Assembly: GCF_052425735.1 (NCBI RefSeq) | Contig: NC_135758.1 | Location: forward strand, 18,972,001-19,036,000 | From: Oculina patagonica | Taxonomy: Eukaryota | Reading direction: 5' to 3' | DNA length: 64,000 nt | Position numbers and translations under genes: made by a program | In this document: positions 24,519 through 35,991 of the stretch, piece by piece | Numbering within the stretch: position 1 is the stretch's first letter | Layout of the letters: each line of letters begins with the position of its first letter | The notes under the pieces: generated by a model | What the model was told of the DNA's origin: nothing | What the model saw: only the letters and a program-made list of their open reading frames with translations | Database searches by the model: none

Positions 24519-25175
24519 TGTCAGATTGTCAATTTCTATGATCATCTACAGGTATAAAAGCTTGTGAAAGAGATAATGCATGATCACACGAAACAACTGT
24601 GAACAAGTGCCAAGTGTCAAAGCTTATACAGTTGTTTCGCCTGCACATTAAAAAAGCTTGTTGAAAAGTTTATATTGCCACGAAAAAAAAACTACTAAGT
24701 GGAAACAACTGCCGAATGTGAATGTCAAAACAGTTATGTTGGATTGTCAGTCTCTCAAGATTATCCTTATATCTAAAAGCTTGTTAAAAGGTTCATGACA
24801 ATTCACCAAACAACTGTGGAAACAAGAACCTAATGTGAATGTTAATTAAAAGATGCCAGATTGTCAATTTCTGCGATCATGTCTATTGGCCTGTTATATG
24901 TTAAAAGGATCGTGCATGATCACATAAAACAACTGTTGAAACAAGGGCCAAAAGTGTCGAGAAAGGAATGTTAATGAAACGATATCAGATTGTCAATTTC
25001 TGTGATTATCTTTATATCTAAAAGCTTGTTAAAAGGATCATGCATGATCACACGAAACAACTGTGAAAACAAACACTCATGACTACTTGATTCCACAGCT
25101 GTTGATTTATCTTAACTAAGATAGCTTTCAGAATAAAAACATTAAGATGTTGACAGTGAATTCTTAAAAATCTCA
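24519..25175 (+). repeat. 657-bp direct repeat, copy 2
   Basis: Near-identical to 21118-21774. Confidence 0.92.
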
Positions 25176-25534
25176 TTTCATTTGCAAGACGAGGAGGGGC
25201 TATATCCAGTCTCGGGTTAACACTCGGCAGTTGGCTTCAGTGTTATTATTATTATACCTTTTAATTATATTTACACAGCAGATAGTTTTCAACTGTTATC
25301 TTTTACATGCAATCAATATCTGGCATGCAGTTTAACCAATCAGGTTGCAGAATCCACATGCACTTAAGCATGAGTGAGGAATATAAGCTGAATCAATCTC
25401 TTGAGCTGTCGAGAAGTCCTGGCGAGACAAAAACCTTTCAGGTAGAAAGAGCTGTTTTTACACAAGAAAGTGTGTTTTCTGATATTTTCGATCACTTCGC
25501 GGTCAACTGACTAAGGAAAACAACAACGTTAGCT

Positions 25535-27912
25535 ATGATGCTAAAAAGCTCTGCTGTGGCGCTTGTGAGTCTTATGTTGCTGGTAAGTAGAATTTTGCTC
25601 CATTAGTCTCATTCACGCCTAATTTAATTTTCTGATACTCGACCTTTTTTCACCCCAGAACAAAAATGCATTACTTCAGAAACAAAGCGAAACGAATCTA
25701 AAATTAACTTGAAATCTTTCTATCCCTCTCTTGAAGACCAAAAAATTATAGGCTTTCTTACAGCGTTTCCTATCCAGTCGTTTTACCCATACGCGATCGC
25801 AAAAAAAGTAAAAAAGAAAACAGTTTAACTGAAATAAATTTCAGTGATCAGCAGCTATATATTTCCATTCTCGATTTTCACTGTAATAAAAACACTATTC
25901 ATTCGAATTTGAACTGAATCGAAGTAAGTGTACAAAGATTTCGTGAGAAAGGAAATAACGAGAAAAAGGAAAGAGTCAATTAAAAAAACCTCTACCGGTT
26001 TCATTAATGTTTCTAGTTGTAAATATTATAACGCCAATCTAACAGAAGTGCTATGTCTTAGGCTTCCTCTTTGGCAGACGACCAGAGTTCCGAGAATCAA
26101 CGTGACAAATTTGTTTCTGAGGGAAGCAAGGTAAGACTTTCCTTTCATTTCTCATTTCCGCTATTTTAGGCTCATGGATGTCATCTTAGACTGCAAAGTA
26201 GGCCCGCAAAACGTCCAAAAGCTGCAAAAGCTACCAGGAGCCACTTAACTGCTATATCTACGAAGGCGTGGTTGAATTGAAAGTTGATTTATATGTTAAT
26301 TTGCTGATGTTCACTTCCGTTTAAATAAAATTAGTTATGGCACAAAAAAATCGGAAAAATTGGCAAAAAACCAAGAGTTTTGATATGGCGCTTTCAAATG
26401 GCCCGTAAGAGTAGCTTAAGATTTGCTAAAGCGATGCAGCGTTATCTTTTCACCGTTTACTGAAATATTATGTTGACCAAATGATTAATTAGCTTATAAA
26501 TATAAGTCAACCTTACAGACGCGAAAATTTCGACTCACAAGATCACTAATGGTGATGTTCCAAACAATGTAACAGTTCATTTGTTTGTTGAACTCAAATT
26601 GTTGCAATCCCTTATTAAAACCAAGAAACTTTGAAAACTTTGAAGAAAAATCTTCTTGTTTGCTTTATCGCTGTCCGCAATGGCACACTATCTCAAAAAT
26701 AAAAACACATTAAAGACACAGTCTCAGGTAAATAATATGAAACTCTTTTTTCCTCAGTGCTCGTAATAACTAGCCTGCGTCGCAGCCAGACGTGTCACAA
26801 AACCTCGGTATAGGTCTATACCGGGGTCCGGGGTTTAGTTCGGCTGCAACGCAGGCTAGTAATAACTAACGACAGCTTTCTGAAGAGGTCACATTTTGGC
26901 TGGGGAAAGTGCTTCAACTGGCGATTTTAAATCATGAATTTTCTCTCGACTACAATGATCTTTAGAGAGCAACAGAACATTTTCAGCATTTTTACTGTTT
27001 TTGTTCTATTCTGGCAGCAGGAGAATTTTCCTGTGCTCACCTCGTGCAATTGATTACTGTCTTGATGTGGTTGCACGAAAATACGCGAACCCGTAGTGTA
27101 GTAAAGTAACCTGATCGCAGGTTACTTCTGTCTTTCTGCGTTGACACTAGTTGAAGACTAGTCTAAGACAGTCCAAGCCTCAATCATTCACAGGGCTAAA
27201 TCGTACACAGTACTGTTTCAGAAAAACTCGGCTTGCTGCACGATATTTATGTTTAAACCTGAAAAATTAACTTCTAGTTATGTTTCACTCTTTTCAGCTT
27301 GTGTTTTACAAATTTTTCACACCTATGAAGCTTGCTTCAGCTGCTACCTTCATCCATCACCATAATTCCATCACTCCTCGACTACTCACGTTCCTCAGCG
27401 CTCCAAGTACCTTCTATCGGCTGATGATCGTTCCACTGATTCCGCCAGGAGTCATCGATACAAATGCCAATCTTGTCGTCAAGATGGCGGTTGGTTTGGA
27501 AACGACATTTGGTCAAGTGGACAGCGATCCCTCATTCGGTGTTTCTGATGGCCAACGTTTTATTGGTGTGCTCACGGCTGATAAAACCAACTACAATGAT
27601 CATGCCCCCTGTTTTGGTTACGAAGGAGCCAGTGGAACAACTTTGAGTAATACTTTTCGCGATCCTACCCTCCCGAAACCATCCGAGACTCAGTTTTACC
27701 CTGGAAGGTTTGAGATCCAGTTGAGCCTGTCTGACCGGTGGGGAACCTGTTTCGTCCCGCTAGACGGCGGTTTCAGCAGGGAGATGGTTTACCAGAGCAA
27801 GTTGAATCCCCGCAACGGCCTGTTTCTGGAGATTTATGGCAATCACGCACAAGAGAAAGAAGGCATTAAGTACATTGAGCTGAGCATCATGCAGGAGAAC
27901 GGATGTCTTTAA
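25535..27912 (+). CDS. Uncharacterised secreted protein, paralogue A (about 243 aa, 3 exons)
   Basis: Exon 1 25535-25582 (MMLKSSAVALVSLMLL|gtaag); exon 2 26062-26130 (ASSLADDQ...EGSK|gtaag); exon 3 27298-27912 (LVFYKFFTPMKL...). All junctions are phase 0, GT-AG. Signal peptide present. Confidence 0.8.
26771..26858. mobile_element. Tiny palindromic TAGCCTG...CAGGCTA element
   Basis: TAGCCTGCGTCGCAGCC ... GGCTGCAACGCAGGCTA. Confidence 0.75.
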
Positions 27913-29058
27913 AACCAGAACAAAAAATAATCTTTTTTTCAGTTGATTAAGCATTGTCAAGAGTATTGTAGTTTCTGCTGATTAATATTGATAAATCTTA
28001 ACTAGCTATAGAAGCAAAACCCAAGTGTCCATTTCATTTTTCCTTTACTGTTCTATTTGTTCTTGTTTTCAAATCAGCAGAAGCTATTGTGCGAAAACCA
28101 ACTCTTCCCCATCTTTTCGCCTACTTCGATAATTCCAATCTTTACTTCCGGATGAACAAGACCTTTTCCTGATTCTATTCCATATCTACTCCAGGTTACT
28201 GAGCCCACGATTTTCGGCAGCGAAGTTGCTAAGCGACATGACGAATATTCAAATCAATTCTCAGCCTGAGAGTTCCTTTACTTCGTCCACCATCTCGTTT
28301 CCATGGTTTTTCAAAAATTTGTGAGACTGACCATGGGAACGAGATTGCCACGCCCACCGACGCAGGATGACAAAGACTGCAAGTGGCAGCCTTGTTCTAC
28401 TTGTCTTTGTGCCAAGAGCCCGCTTTTCGTTTGGTCTCTTTGGTAGAAACGTATGTGTCTTCATACATGACGTACTTACCAAACGTTTTGGTGCTGTCCA
28501 AACAAAAAGCGGGCACTGGCGACGAGAATGCTTCACGCTTACATGACCGGAACAATTTCTCTTATCTTCTACTCCGGTCGTCAAGTCTGAACAATTTTTT
28601 AAACGGGTGGGGGTCTGGTGCCCCCCCCCGGTTCAGATCATAATCTACTTTCGGTTTTTTTTTTAGTTTTTTTGTCGGTAAGGAATTGAAGGTCACGCAT
28701 GTTGGTTGGCTTAAAACAGGTCATCTTTCACTTGAAATTGCCTTAGTGGAAGAAGGAGAATAGGACGGAGGAAATGTTTTAAATTACTTGCCACTTGAAG
28801 AATTAAAATTACGTGCGTTATACGCGTTTTCCGTGAACTCAACAATAAATCATCGCTTAAACCACAGAGCAAAATAGAATTGCTGCTCAGTTAGAAATGA
28901 CCAGTACGACATATAATTAAAAGAGTCAAGTCAAATATTATGCGTTTTAAAAGTAGAACGAAAACAACTCTGATATCTCTACCTTCAAAGTCTTCAAAAG
29001 CGATCAAAGTACCTTTGACCTTTAATACTGACGGCCAAGTTAGCTCGGAGGAGAATTA

Positions 29059-29116
29059 GTTGCTCGAAATATTAAAAGTTGCCAAAAAGTTGCCGAGCAA
29101 CTTGTGGAAAGCCCTA
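29059..29116 (-). mobile_element. Solo terminus of the hAT MITE family at 327-933
   Basis: GTTGCCAAAAAGTTGCCGAGCAACTTGTGGAAAGCCCTA is the reverse complement of the left end of that element. Confidence 0.7.
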
Positions 29117-29539
29117 GCCGAGTATCGTATATCGCATGTCATGCTTCAACATAACGCACTTCTTGTTGAACAGCAACAAAAGGAAATAAAACGCTACTGG
29201 GTATACGTCTAAAAGCCTTAGGCTTTCTCGTTAGCTAAAAGAGTGGTTAAACATTAACCACCCGGTTTCGAGCTTCTTGTTCTTATTTTTCGTCTTGTAT
29301 TCTTCTCTGTCAGGCTTCTTTAAAATTGTTTAAAATGCAAATTTAACTACGAGGATTGTTTCCTTACTTTGGACAAATCAAATGTCAAGTCTATCATATA
29401 CCGATTTACTAAGCATAAGTTTATAGTTACGTGACATAAATAATTATTAATTTTCTGGTATCGTGTTACTTTCTTGGTTTAAAAAACATACCTCAACTGA
29501 GATTCTGCGGTTGATCATCTGTGCAAGATTAATCTCGTC

Positions 29540-32025
29540 ATGGACAACATGATACGAACTACCTTGATCATGTTCACCATACTAACGATTCACAGCGCCA
29601 TAGCTGATCCTCAGGTGAATACTTTATTGTCGTTTAAAGATACACAGACACTAAACGTGACATAATTATTCTATAATTTGATAATACCGTAACTGACTCG
29701 CAATCTATCACGATGACCCGCATTTCAACTTCTATTCGTATATTTTCTAGCGTAGTTCGGAATCGTCACTAAATCATGACAAGTGATATAGATGTTGTAA
29801 AGAAAAGCAACAATAAGTAAGCTCTGTACTGGAAAGAGTATTTCAGTCTTTTCCATCGCTTCACGGCCCAAAAGCAAAAACATGCGAAGTTACATGTTCC
29901 AGCTAAGCCAAAGAAGTTGGCCTTCGACCTTGGAGGGGGAGGGGGGAAAGGGGGGAGTGGGATTTAACTATGAGAGTTGAGAGAGTGCGAAAGATGTACT
30001 GCGAGGCTCCCATTGGACTGCTAGGCGAGTGTCTCCTTTTTGTGTTTTTCATATCATCTAAGAATTTTAAGGACCGTAGGCTCGGTTTATTTAATTTTGA
30101 TTCTCTTTACCAAATTGTGTTAAACATTTAAAATATTATATAACAGTCATTTGACGAGTTGCAGTCATTCTTCTCGAAAATCATACCTAAACTAAATCAA
30201 CAGAAGTCTATTGCACCTTTACCTTTTTATCTAAATCTCCTAGACGTTTTTTTCAGTTAACAAATTATTTCCCATTACATGCCAGTGGCGGATCCAGGGG
30301 GGGGGGGGGTCCCCCAATCACACCTGACATGTACACTTGCTTGACATTGAAATTTTAGCATGGACAGTGATAAAAATAAGTTGGCTAGCCTGCACGACTC
30401 TTACGTGTAGTGGTCATTTTCATTTGATCTCACAATTATATCCTTGGGAGACCTACCCCTTTTGTATCATATTAGGTGAGGTTCTTCGATGTATTTTTTT
30501 TTAGCAATGGTTTCCATTCTATTCACGATTACATGTTTTCAGTACTGCCTGGTGGCATTGCGTTTGAAAAGGCAAGATTTTTGCCTTGTTTTAGGTTTTG
30601 GTTGGTGGGCCTGCGTTCTGTTTTCAAAATTAACTTCCGTGAGAGTTCTTTGGAATAGACTTCCTGGGTTACCTCTTTCGATAAATGTGATTGGAATTGC
30701 TTGATGTTTTCCTCAAATGCTCTTTTAGATGAAATTGTTCCACGCAATCTTAGGACGTCCCCTTTCATGAAATCTTTCTTGACTCCTGGTGGGTGACACG
30801 CAGAGAAACGAGTGTACTGAAATGTTTCAGGGGGCTTGTTATGGGTCCGTATGTCAAGCAACGCCTTTGTAAACGCTGGTGTCCAGGAAAGTAGTTTCTT
30901 TGTCCGAAATTTCAGCCGTAAACTCGATAGTAGGTTGATGGTTATCTGCTTGATCAAGGAAATGATTTAATACCTCTTTATTGGTGTCCCAGAGAGTGAG
31001 AGGTTTGAATGCACTTTGGCTCTTTGGCTAAGAATTTGTTACGACTTTGCCCATAAATATATTGGCGAGTAGAATTCATCTACACGGTAAGGGGCCAAGG
31101 AGTTATAACGTGGAACCGCGATTGGTGAGGGAGGGGTTAGATGTGGGGAGAGGTAATTTGCCGCAAAAACGTTTCAACAGTGTTTTCTGAATCAAAGTTT
31201 TGACCCCCAGTCACAAATCCCTGGATCCGCCAATCCCTGCATTCCAATTATGGGTAATCCAAGTAAAAATCTAAACTGGATTTACAGACTTAGAAGACTT
31301 AAATACAAATTGAACTTATTGACCCTTAGTGCTGACAACACAATTGGCTGCCTGCAGGATAATTATTTTGATAACTGAACATTTCAGTTAGTGACTCTTA
31401 TATGTTTTATTTTATCCAGCTTGTGTTTTACAAATTCTTCACACCTATGAAGCTTGCTTCAGCTGCTACCTTCATCCATCACCATAATTCCATCACTCCT
31501 CGACTACTCACGTTCCTCAGCGCTCCAAGCAATCACTATCGGCTGATGATCGTTCCACTAATTCCGCCAGGAGTCATCGATACAAATGCCAACCTTGTCG
31601 TCAAGATGGCGGTTGGTATGGAAACGACATTTGGGTCAGTGGACAGTGATCCCTCATTCGGTGTTTCTGATGGCCAACGCTTTATTGGTGTGTTTACAGC
31701 TGATAAAACCAACTACAATGATCATGCCCCGTGTTTTGGTTACGAAGGAGCCAGTGGGACAACTTTGAGTAATACTTTTCGCGATCCTACCCTCCCGAAA
31801 CCATCCGAGAGTCAGTATTACCCTGGAAGGTTCGAGATCCAGTTTAGCCTGTCTGACCGGTGGGGAACCTGTTTCGTCCCACTAGACGGCGGTTTCAGCA
31901 GGGAGATGGTTTACCAGAACAAGTTGAATCCACGCAACGGCCTGTTTTTGGAGATTTACGGCAATGACGCCAAGGAGAAAGAAGGCATTAAGTACATTGA
32001 GCTGAGCATCCTAGAGGAGAGCTGA
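29540..32025 (+). CDS. Uncharacterised secreted protein, paralogue B (about 226 aa, 2 exons)
   Basis: Exon 1 29540-29614 (MDNMIRTTLIMFTILTIHSAIADPQ|gtgaat, phase 0). Exon 2 31420-32025 is over 90% identical to exon 3 of paralogue A. Confidence 0.75.
30283..31235. mobile_element. hAT-like MITE carrying a Penelope-like retroelement fragment (about 30530-31070, minus strand)
   Basis: Ends CAGTGGCGGATCCAGGG / CCCTGGATCCGCCAATC; flanks CATGC / CCTGC. Internal remnant LDIRTHNKPPETFQYTRFSACHPPGVKKDFMKGDVLRL matches the Penelope RT C-terminal motif (KPT.TFQY...S.HP...K.GF.KGE.LRL). Confidence 0.7.
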
Positions 32026-32160
32026 TGTCTTTTGCAGCCATTTTTAGCCAGTATAGAGTCAGTACAAGACTTAATAATTTGTAAGAATCATTGTGATATG
32101 TATGTATGTAGTATGTAGTTTCTGCTGATTAAAGAGAAGTCTAATATTTAAGATGCAAAC

Positions 32161-35100
32161 ATGTGTCCATGTCCTGTCTCTTTTCCTTATTTCAAAGCTT
32201 ATATATCTTCGTATAAATAAAAGTAAAAACAATAGATCTAACGTTATCCGAGCTAAAACACCAAGAGTGACTCCAGCCGGGCGAAACTCTTTGTTTGAAA
32301 GAACATTCAAACATTTTTTATTCCTTGTGTGACAGATCTATTGTTTATATCCCTTCGTTCCTTTTTTTTCAAAGATTAGAAGAGTAACGTGCCATACACG
32401 CAGGATAAACAATAAATGCCAAGCCTGGAAATGTGATAGCTGTTCATTACAAACTCTACCCTTCTTTGATGTTATGAACTGGTCTGTATGTGGTGACGAA
32501 CCTGATGAGCCAGCGGTGATAACTGAACACTCCAGCTTGCAAACATCAGAGCCATGGATTATTGAGGAACGAAAGCGAAACTCAACTGATCTGCTCTTTG
32601 TTCACTTGAACATAAACAGCATCCAGAATAAATTTGATGATCTGAAGATACTCAACAGGGAACTAAAATCACATATAATTTTTCTGACGGAGACAAAGAT
32701 TGATTCCTCCTACCCTACTTCACAGTTTCAACTAGAAGGATATCACAATTACAGGAAAGACAGGGCAAAAGGCGGAGGTGGTTTGATGGCATATTTGTCA
32801 TCAAAGATAATATCTCAACAAATGAAACTCCCCAAGCAGTACAAACTGATAGAAGTCCTGGCTATCAAAGCAGTGATAAATAACAATGATGTGCTTCTTG
32901 TCGGAATCTACAGACCACCCAAAGTAATTGGATCCAATTATTATCTTAAATTGGAAATGGAACTCAATTCATTATGCATGTGGGCTACAATGGAATGTAA
33001 AACAGTTATTCTTACTGGGGATCTAAACCTTGATAGACTACGACCTGAAAGCACAGAAGGGCAACTTCTGATTAACCTTGAAGAAGTGTATGGTTTAGAG
33101 TGCCTAATAACGGAAGCAACAAGAATTACATGTACATCAGCTACTCTATTGGATGTTATCCTAACAAATAAACCAGACCACTTCAAGGCAAGTGGAGTAT
33201 TCAATCCTGAGATAAGTGATCACAACCTAATTTACGGCGTTATGAAGGATAAAGTGTTCCAACATCAAAGAAAGGTAAAAACATTCAGAAGTACCAAAGC
33301 ACTGGATACTGATAAAATGAACGAAGATCTCAAAGCTGCTCCCTGGAATGCTATGGACACCTTCGATACACTCGAAGACAAGTATGAATATTGGAAGTCC
33401 CTGTTTAACTCTGTTGTAGAGGAGCACATGCCTACCAAGAAAATGAGGTTCCGAAGAGAGGACGTCCCATATATGACAGCAGAATGGAAAAAGGCCATAA
33501 AGATGAAGAGAACATATGCTAAGCAGTACGCTCACAATAGGACTGAAGAAAATTGGGAACAGAAAAGGAAATGGAGAAATGAAGCAACTAAATGTAGACG
33601 GAGAGCTATCAGAGAATATTGGCAACAGAAGGCTGATCACTTGAAATCTAAGCCAACTGATTTCTACAAGACGTTCAGACCTTTTCTTAGCGACAAAAAT
33701 AAGGGCCAAAACAGAACATGCATTAATCTAAGGACAAACGGAGAGATTGTGAAAGATCAAGACAAGGTAGCTAATATCCTAGTGAACTATTTCTCTACGA
33801 TGGCAGATGAGATAGGCGGAAAAGATGTCAACAGCTTAACAGAAGAAGACTTAGCAAACCATCAAAGTCTTACAAATATATTAAATGCAAACAAGAACAT
33901 GCATGGTGATTTCAGATTTAAGCCACTTAGAAGCAAACAGGTGCAGACAGCCCTCGAGAAACTAAATGTCAGAAAGGCCTCTGGCTACGATTCTATTACT
34001 CCTAAAATGCTAAAGCTAGCGTCAAATGGTATAGCAGACTCTTTAGCAAAGTTATACAATGAAAGCATACAGAAAGGGGAATGGCCAGAAGCATGGAAGA
34101 AAGGCGAGTGGAATCCCGTTTACAAAAAGGATGATCGACTAGATGAAAAGAACTATCGCCCCATAACTCTGCTCTGTACAGTAGACAAAGTTTATGAGCA
34201 ACTATTAAGTGAACAAGTAAATGAGTACTTCCAAACCATACTGGATCCTTGCCTATCAGCATACAGGAAAAATTATAGCTGCGAAACAACTTTGCTAAGA
34301 CTAACCGAAGAGTGGAAGCTGGCTGCAGATTCCAGGCAATATGTCGGAGTACTCTCAACCGATATGAGCAAGGCATTTGATTCGCTTCATCCATCACTGA
34401 TCATGAACAAACTTAAGGCATACGGTTTCTCGGAGGGATCTCTAAAACTGATCAGATCATATTTCACCAGTCGGCAGAACAGAGTGAGGCTGGATTTGGC
34501 TGTGAGTGATTGGAAGGAGGCTGTTAGAGGTTGCCCCCAGGGGTCATCATTTGGTCCACTCTTATGGAACATCTTCCAAAATGATATGACTTACATAGTG
34601 AACAATGCAAGTCTATCGATGTATGCGGATGATCACCAGCTATACGGAGCGGGAAATTCAGTAGAATATGTCGAACAATCACTTAATGACGAGGGACAAA
34701 CAATATCTAGATGGTATGGGGACAATTTTCTGAAGGGAAACTATGACAAGTACAATGCAATGCTGATAAATAGAGGGAACAACAGCGACAAGCTCATAAA
34801 TGTAAACATTGATGGATATACCATTAAGTCTACCCCAGACCTCAAATTGCTTGGGGTTACATTGGATGATAAGCTTAAATTCAGTAAACATGTAAGTGAT
34901 ATATGTAAACAGGCAAGCAAGAAAGTTGGTGTCTTAGTACGCCTTAGAAAGATGATCCCTACAGAAGCCAAGCTCCAACTATACAAAGCGGCAATTCTAC
35001 CTAATCTCACGTATTGTCATACTGTGTGGCATTTCTGCAAAGCATCTGACACTAGAAAACTAGAAAAGGTACAAGAACGAGCACTACGTGCAGTATATAA

Positions 35101-35750
35101 TAGCAAGACGACATCCTATGAAGAATTATTAAATAAGGCAAAGCTTCCTAGTTTAGTAAATAGACGACTACAAGACATATTGATATTAATGTACAAGGTT
35201 AAAAATTTACTGGCACCTAAACACATTTCTGACATATTTTATAAACAATCTAAGAATTATGATTTACGTAGTAGCGATTTTCCAATACCTAGGTTCAACA
35301 CTGTAAATTATGGTAAACATAGTATTAGGTATTTAGGTCCCTATCTGTGGGGCAAAGTAGATAAAGATCTTCGTAACAAAAAAAGCCTTTTTGAATTCAA
35401 AAAAGCAGTTCGGGGCAGTAACATTACTGATGTGTTGGACGGACATTGCAGATGCTACGCTTGCACAATATAATAATGTAACTAATTTTAGTAATCTTGT
35501 AATCATTTTTTAACTTATTGGAATTTTAAAAACATATCTGTGTCATTTTAACTATCTATCGATATATCTATTTTATAATATTAGTATTTTTATATTTTAT
35601 ATCTATTTATATAATATTAGTGTTTTTATATTTTATATCTATTTATATAATATTAGTATTTTTATATTTGTAAATTAATTTTAGTGTCCCCAATTAGCTC
35701 TTTAGCTAAATACCATTGACACTTAAATAAAGTTTATGTATGTATGTATG
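32161..35750 (+). mobile_element. Non-LTR retrotransposon (CR1/L2-group LINE)
   Basis: Intact APE+RT ORF; AT-rich 3'UTR with about 36-bp tandem repeats at 35575-35670; AATAAA followed by a (TATG)n tail. Flanks ATGCAAAC / ATGTAAAC resemble a TSD. Confidence 0.88.
32474..35473 (+). CDS. LINE endonuclease-reverse transcriptase, 999 aa, uninterrupted
   Basis: APE motifs HLNINS, LTETK, GIYRPP, TGDLN, SDH. RT motifs NYRPIT, DMSKAFD, GCPQGSSFGP, YADD, LLGVTLD. C-terminal Cys cluster (HCRCYAC). Confidence 0.95.
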   Translation: MNWSVCGDEPDEPAVITEHSSLQTSEPWIIEERKRNSTDLLFVHLNINSIQNKFDDLKILNRELKSHIIFLTETKIDSSYPTSQFQLEGYHNYRKDRAKGGGGLMAYLSSKIISQQMKLPKQYKLIEVLAIKAVINNNDVLLVGIYRPPKVIGSNYYLKLEMELNSLCMWATMECKTVILTGDLNLDRLRPESTEGQLLINLEEVYGLECLITEATRITCTSATLLDVILTNKPDHFKASGVFNPEISDHNLIYGVMKDKVFQHQRKVKTFRSTKALDTDKMNEDLKAAPWNAMDTFDTLEDKYEYWKSLFNSVVEEHMPTKKMRFRREDVPYMTAEWKKAIKMKRTYAKQYAHNRTEENWEQKRKWRNEATKCRRRAIREYWQQKADHLKSKPTDFYKTFRPFLSDKNKGQNRTCINLRTNGEIVKDQDKVANILVNYFSTMADEIGGKDVNSLTEEDLANHQSLTNILNANKNMHGDFRFKPLRSKQVQTALEKLNVRKASGYDSITPKMLKLASNGIADSLAKLYNESIQKGEWPEAWKKGEWNPVYKKDDRLDEKNYRPITLLCTVDKVYEQLLSEQVNEYFQTILDPCLSAYRKNYSCETTLLRLTEEWKLAADSRQYVGVLSTDMSKAFDSLHPSLIMNKLKAYGFSEGSLKLIRSYFTSRQNRVRLDLAVSDWKEAVRGCPQGSSFGPLLWNIFQNDMTYIVNNASLSMYADDHQLYGAGNSVEYVEQSLNDEGQTISRWYGDNFLKGNYDKYNAMLINRGNNSDKLINVNIDGYTIKSTPDLKLLGVTLDDKLKFSKHVSDICKQASKKVGVLVRLRKMIPTEAKLQLYKAAILPNLTYCHTVWHFCKASDTRKLEKVQERALRAVYNSKTTSYEELLNKAKLPSLVNRRLQDILILMYKVKNLLAPKHISDIFYKQSKNYDLRSSDFPIPRFNTVNYGKHSIRYLGPYLWGKVDKDLRNKKSLFEFKKAVRGSNITDVLDGHCRCYACTI

Positions 35751-35991
35751 TAAACCCAATTCATCCTTTTTTTCCCTGACACCTCCATTATTTGAGGGCA
35801 CTAGGTGTTGTGCTCATGGTTTCCGCCTTCTTCAATTCTTTAAGAATTCCGTAAACATACTGCGAGGACAAAAGATACAGTGCAACCCTTAGAAGGGGGG
35901 GGGGGGGGCTTTATAATCAGTAAGATATTGAGTTAAACACTCGAACAGAAATTTCATATCTCCGCGCACCCATGTATTACTCTATATATAA

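Noticed and set aside
21118-25175. Canonical LTR retrotransposon (TG...CA repeats)
   Set aside because: No TSD, PBS, clear PPT or gag/pol remnant, and the repeat starts inside a host satellite. Kept as an unexplained structure instead.
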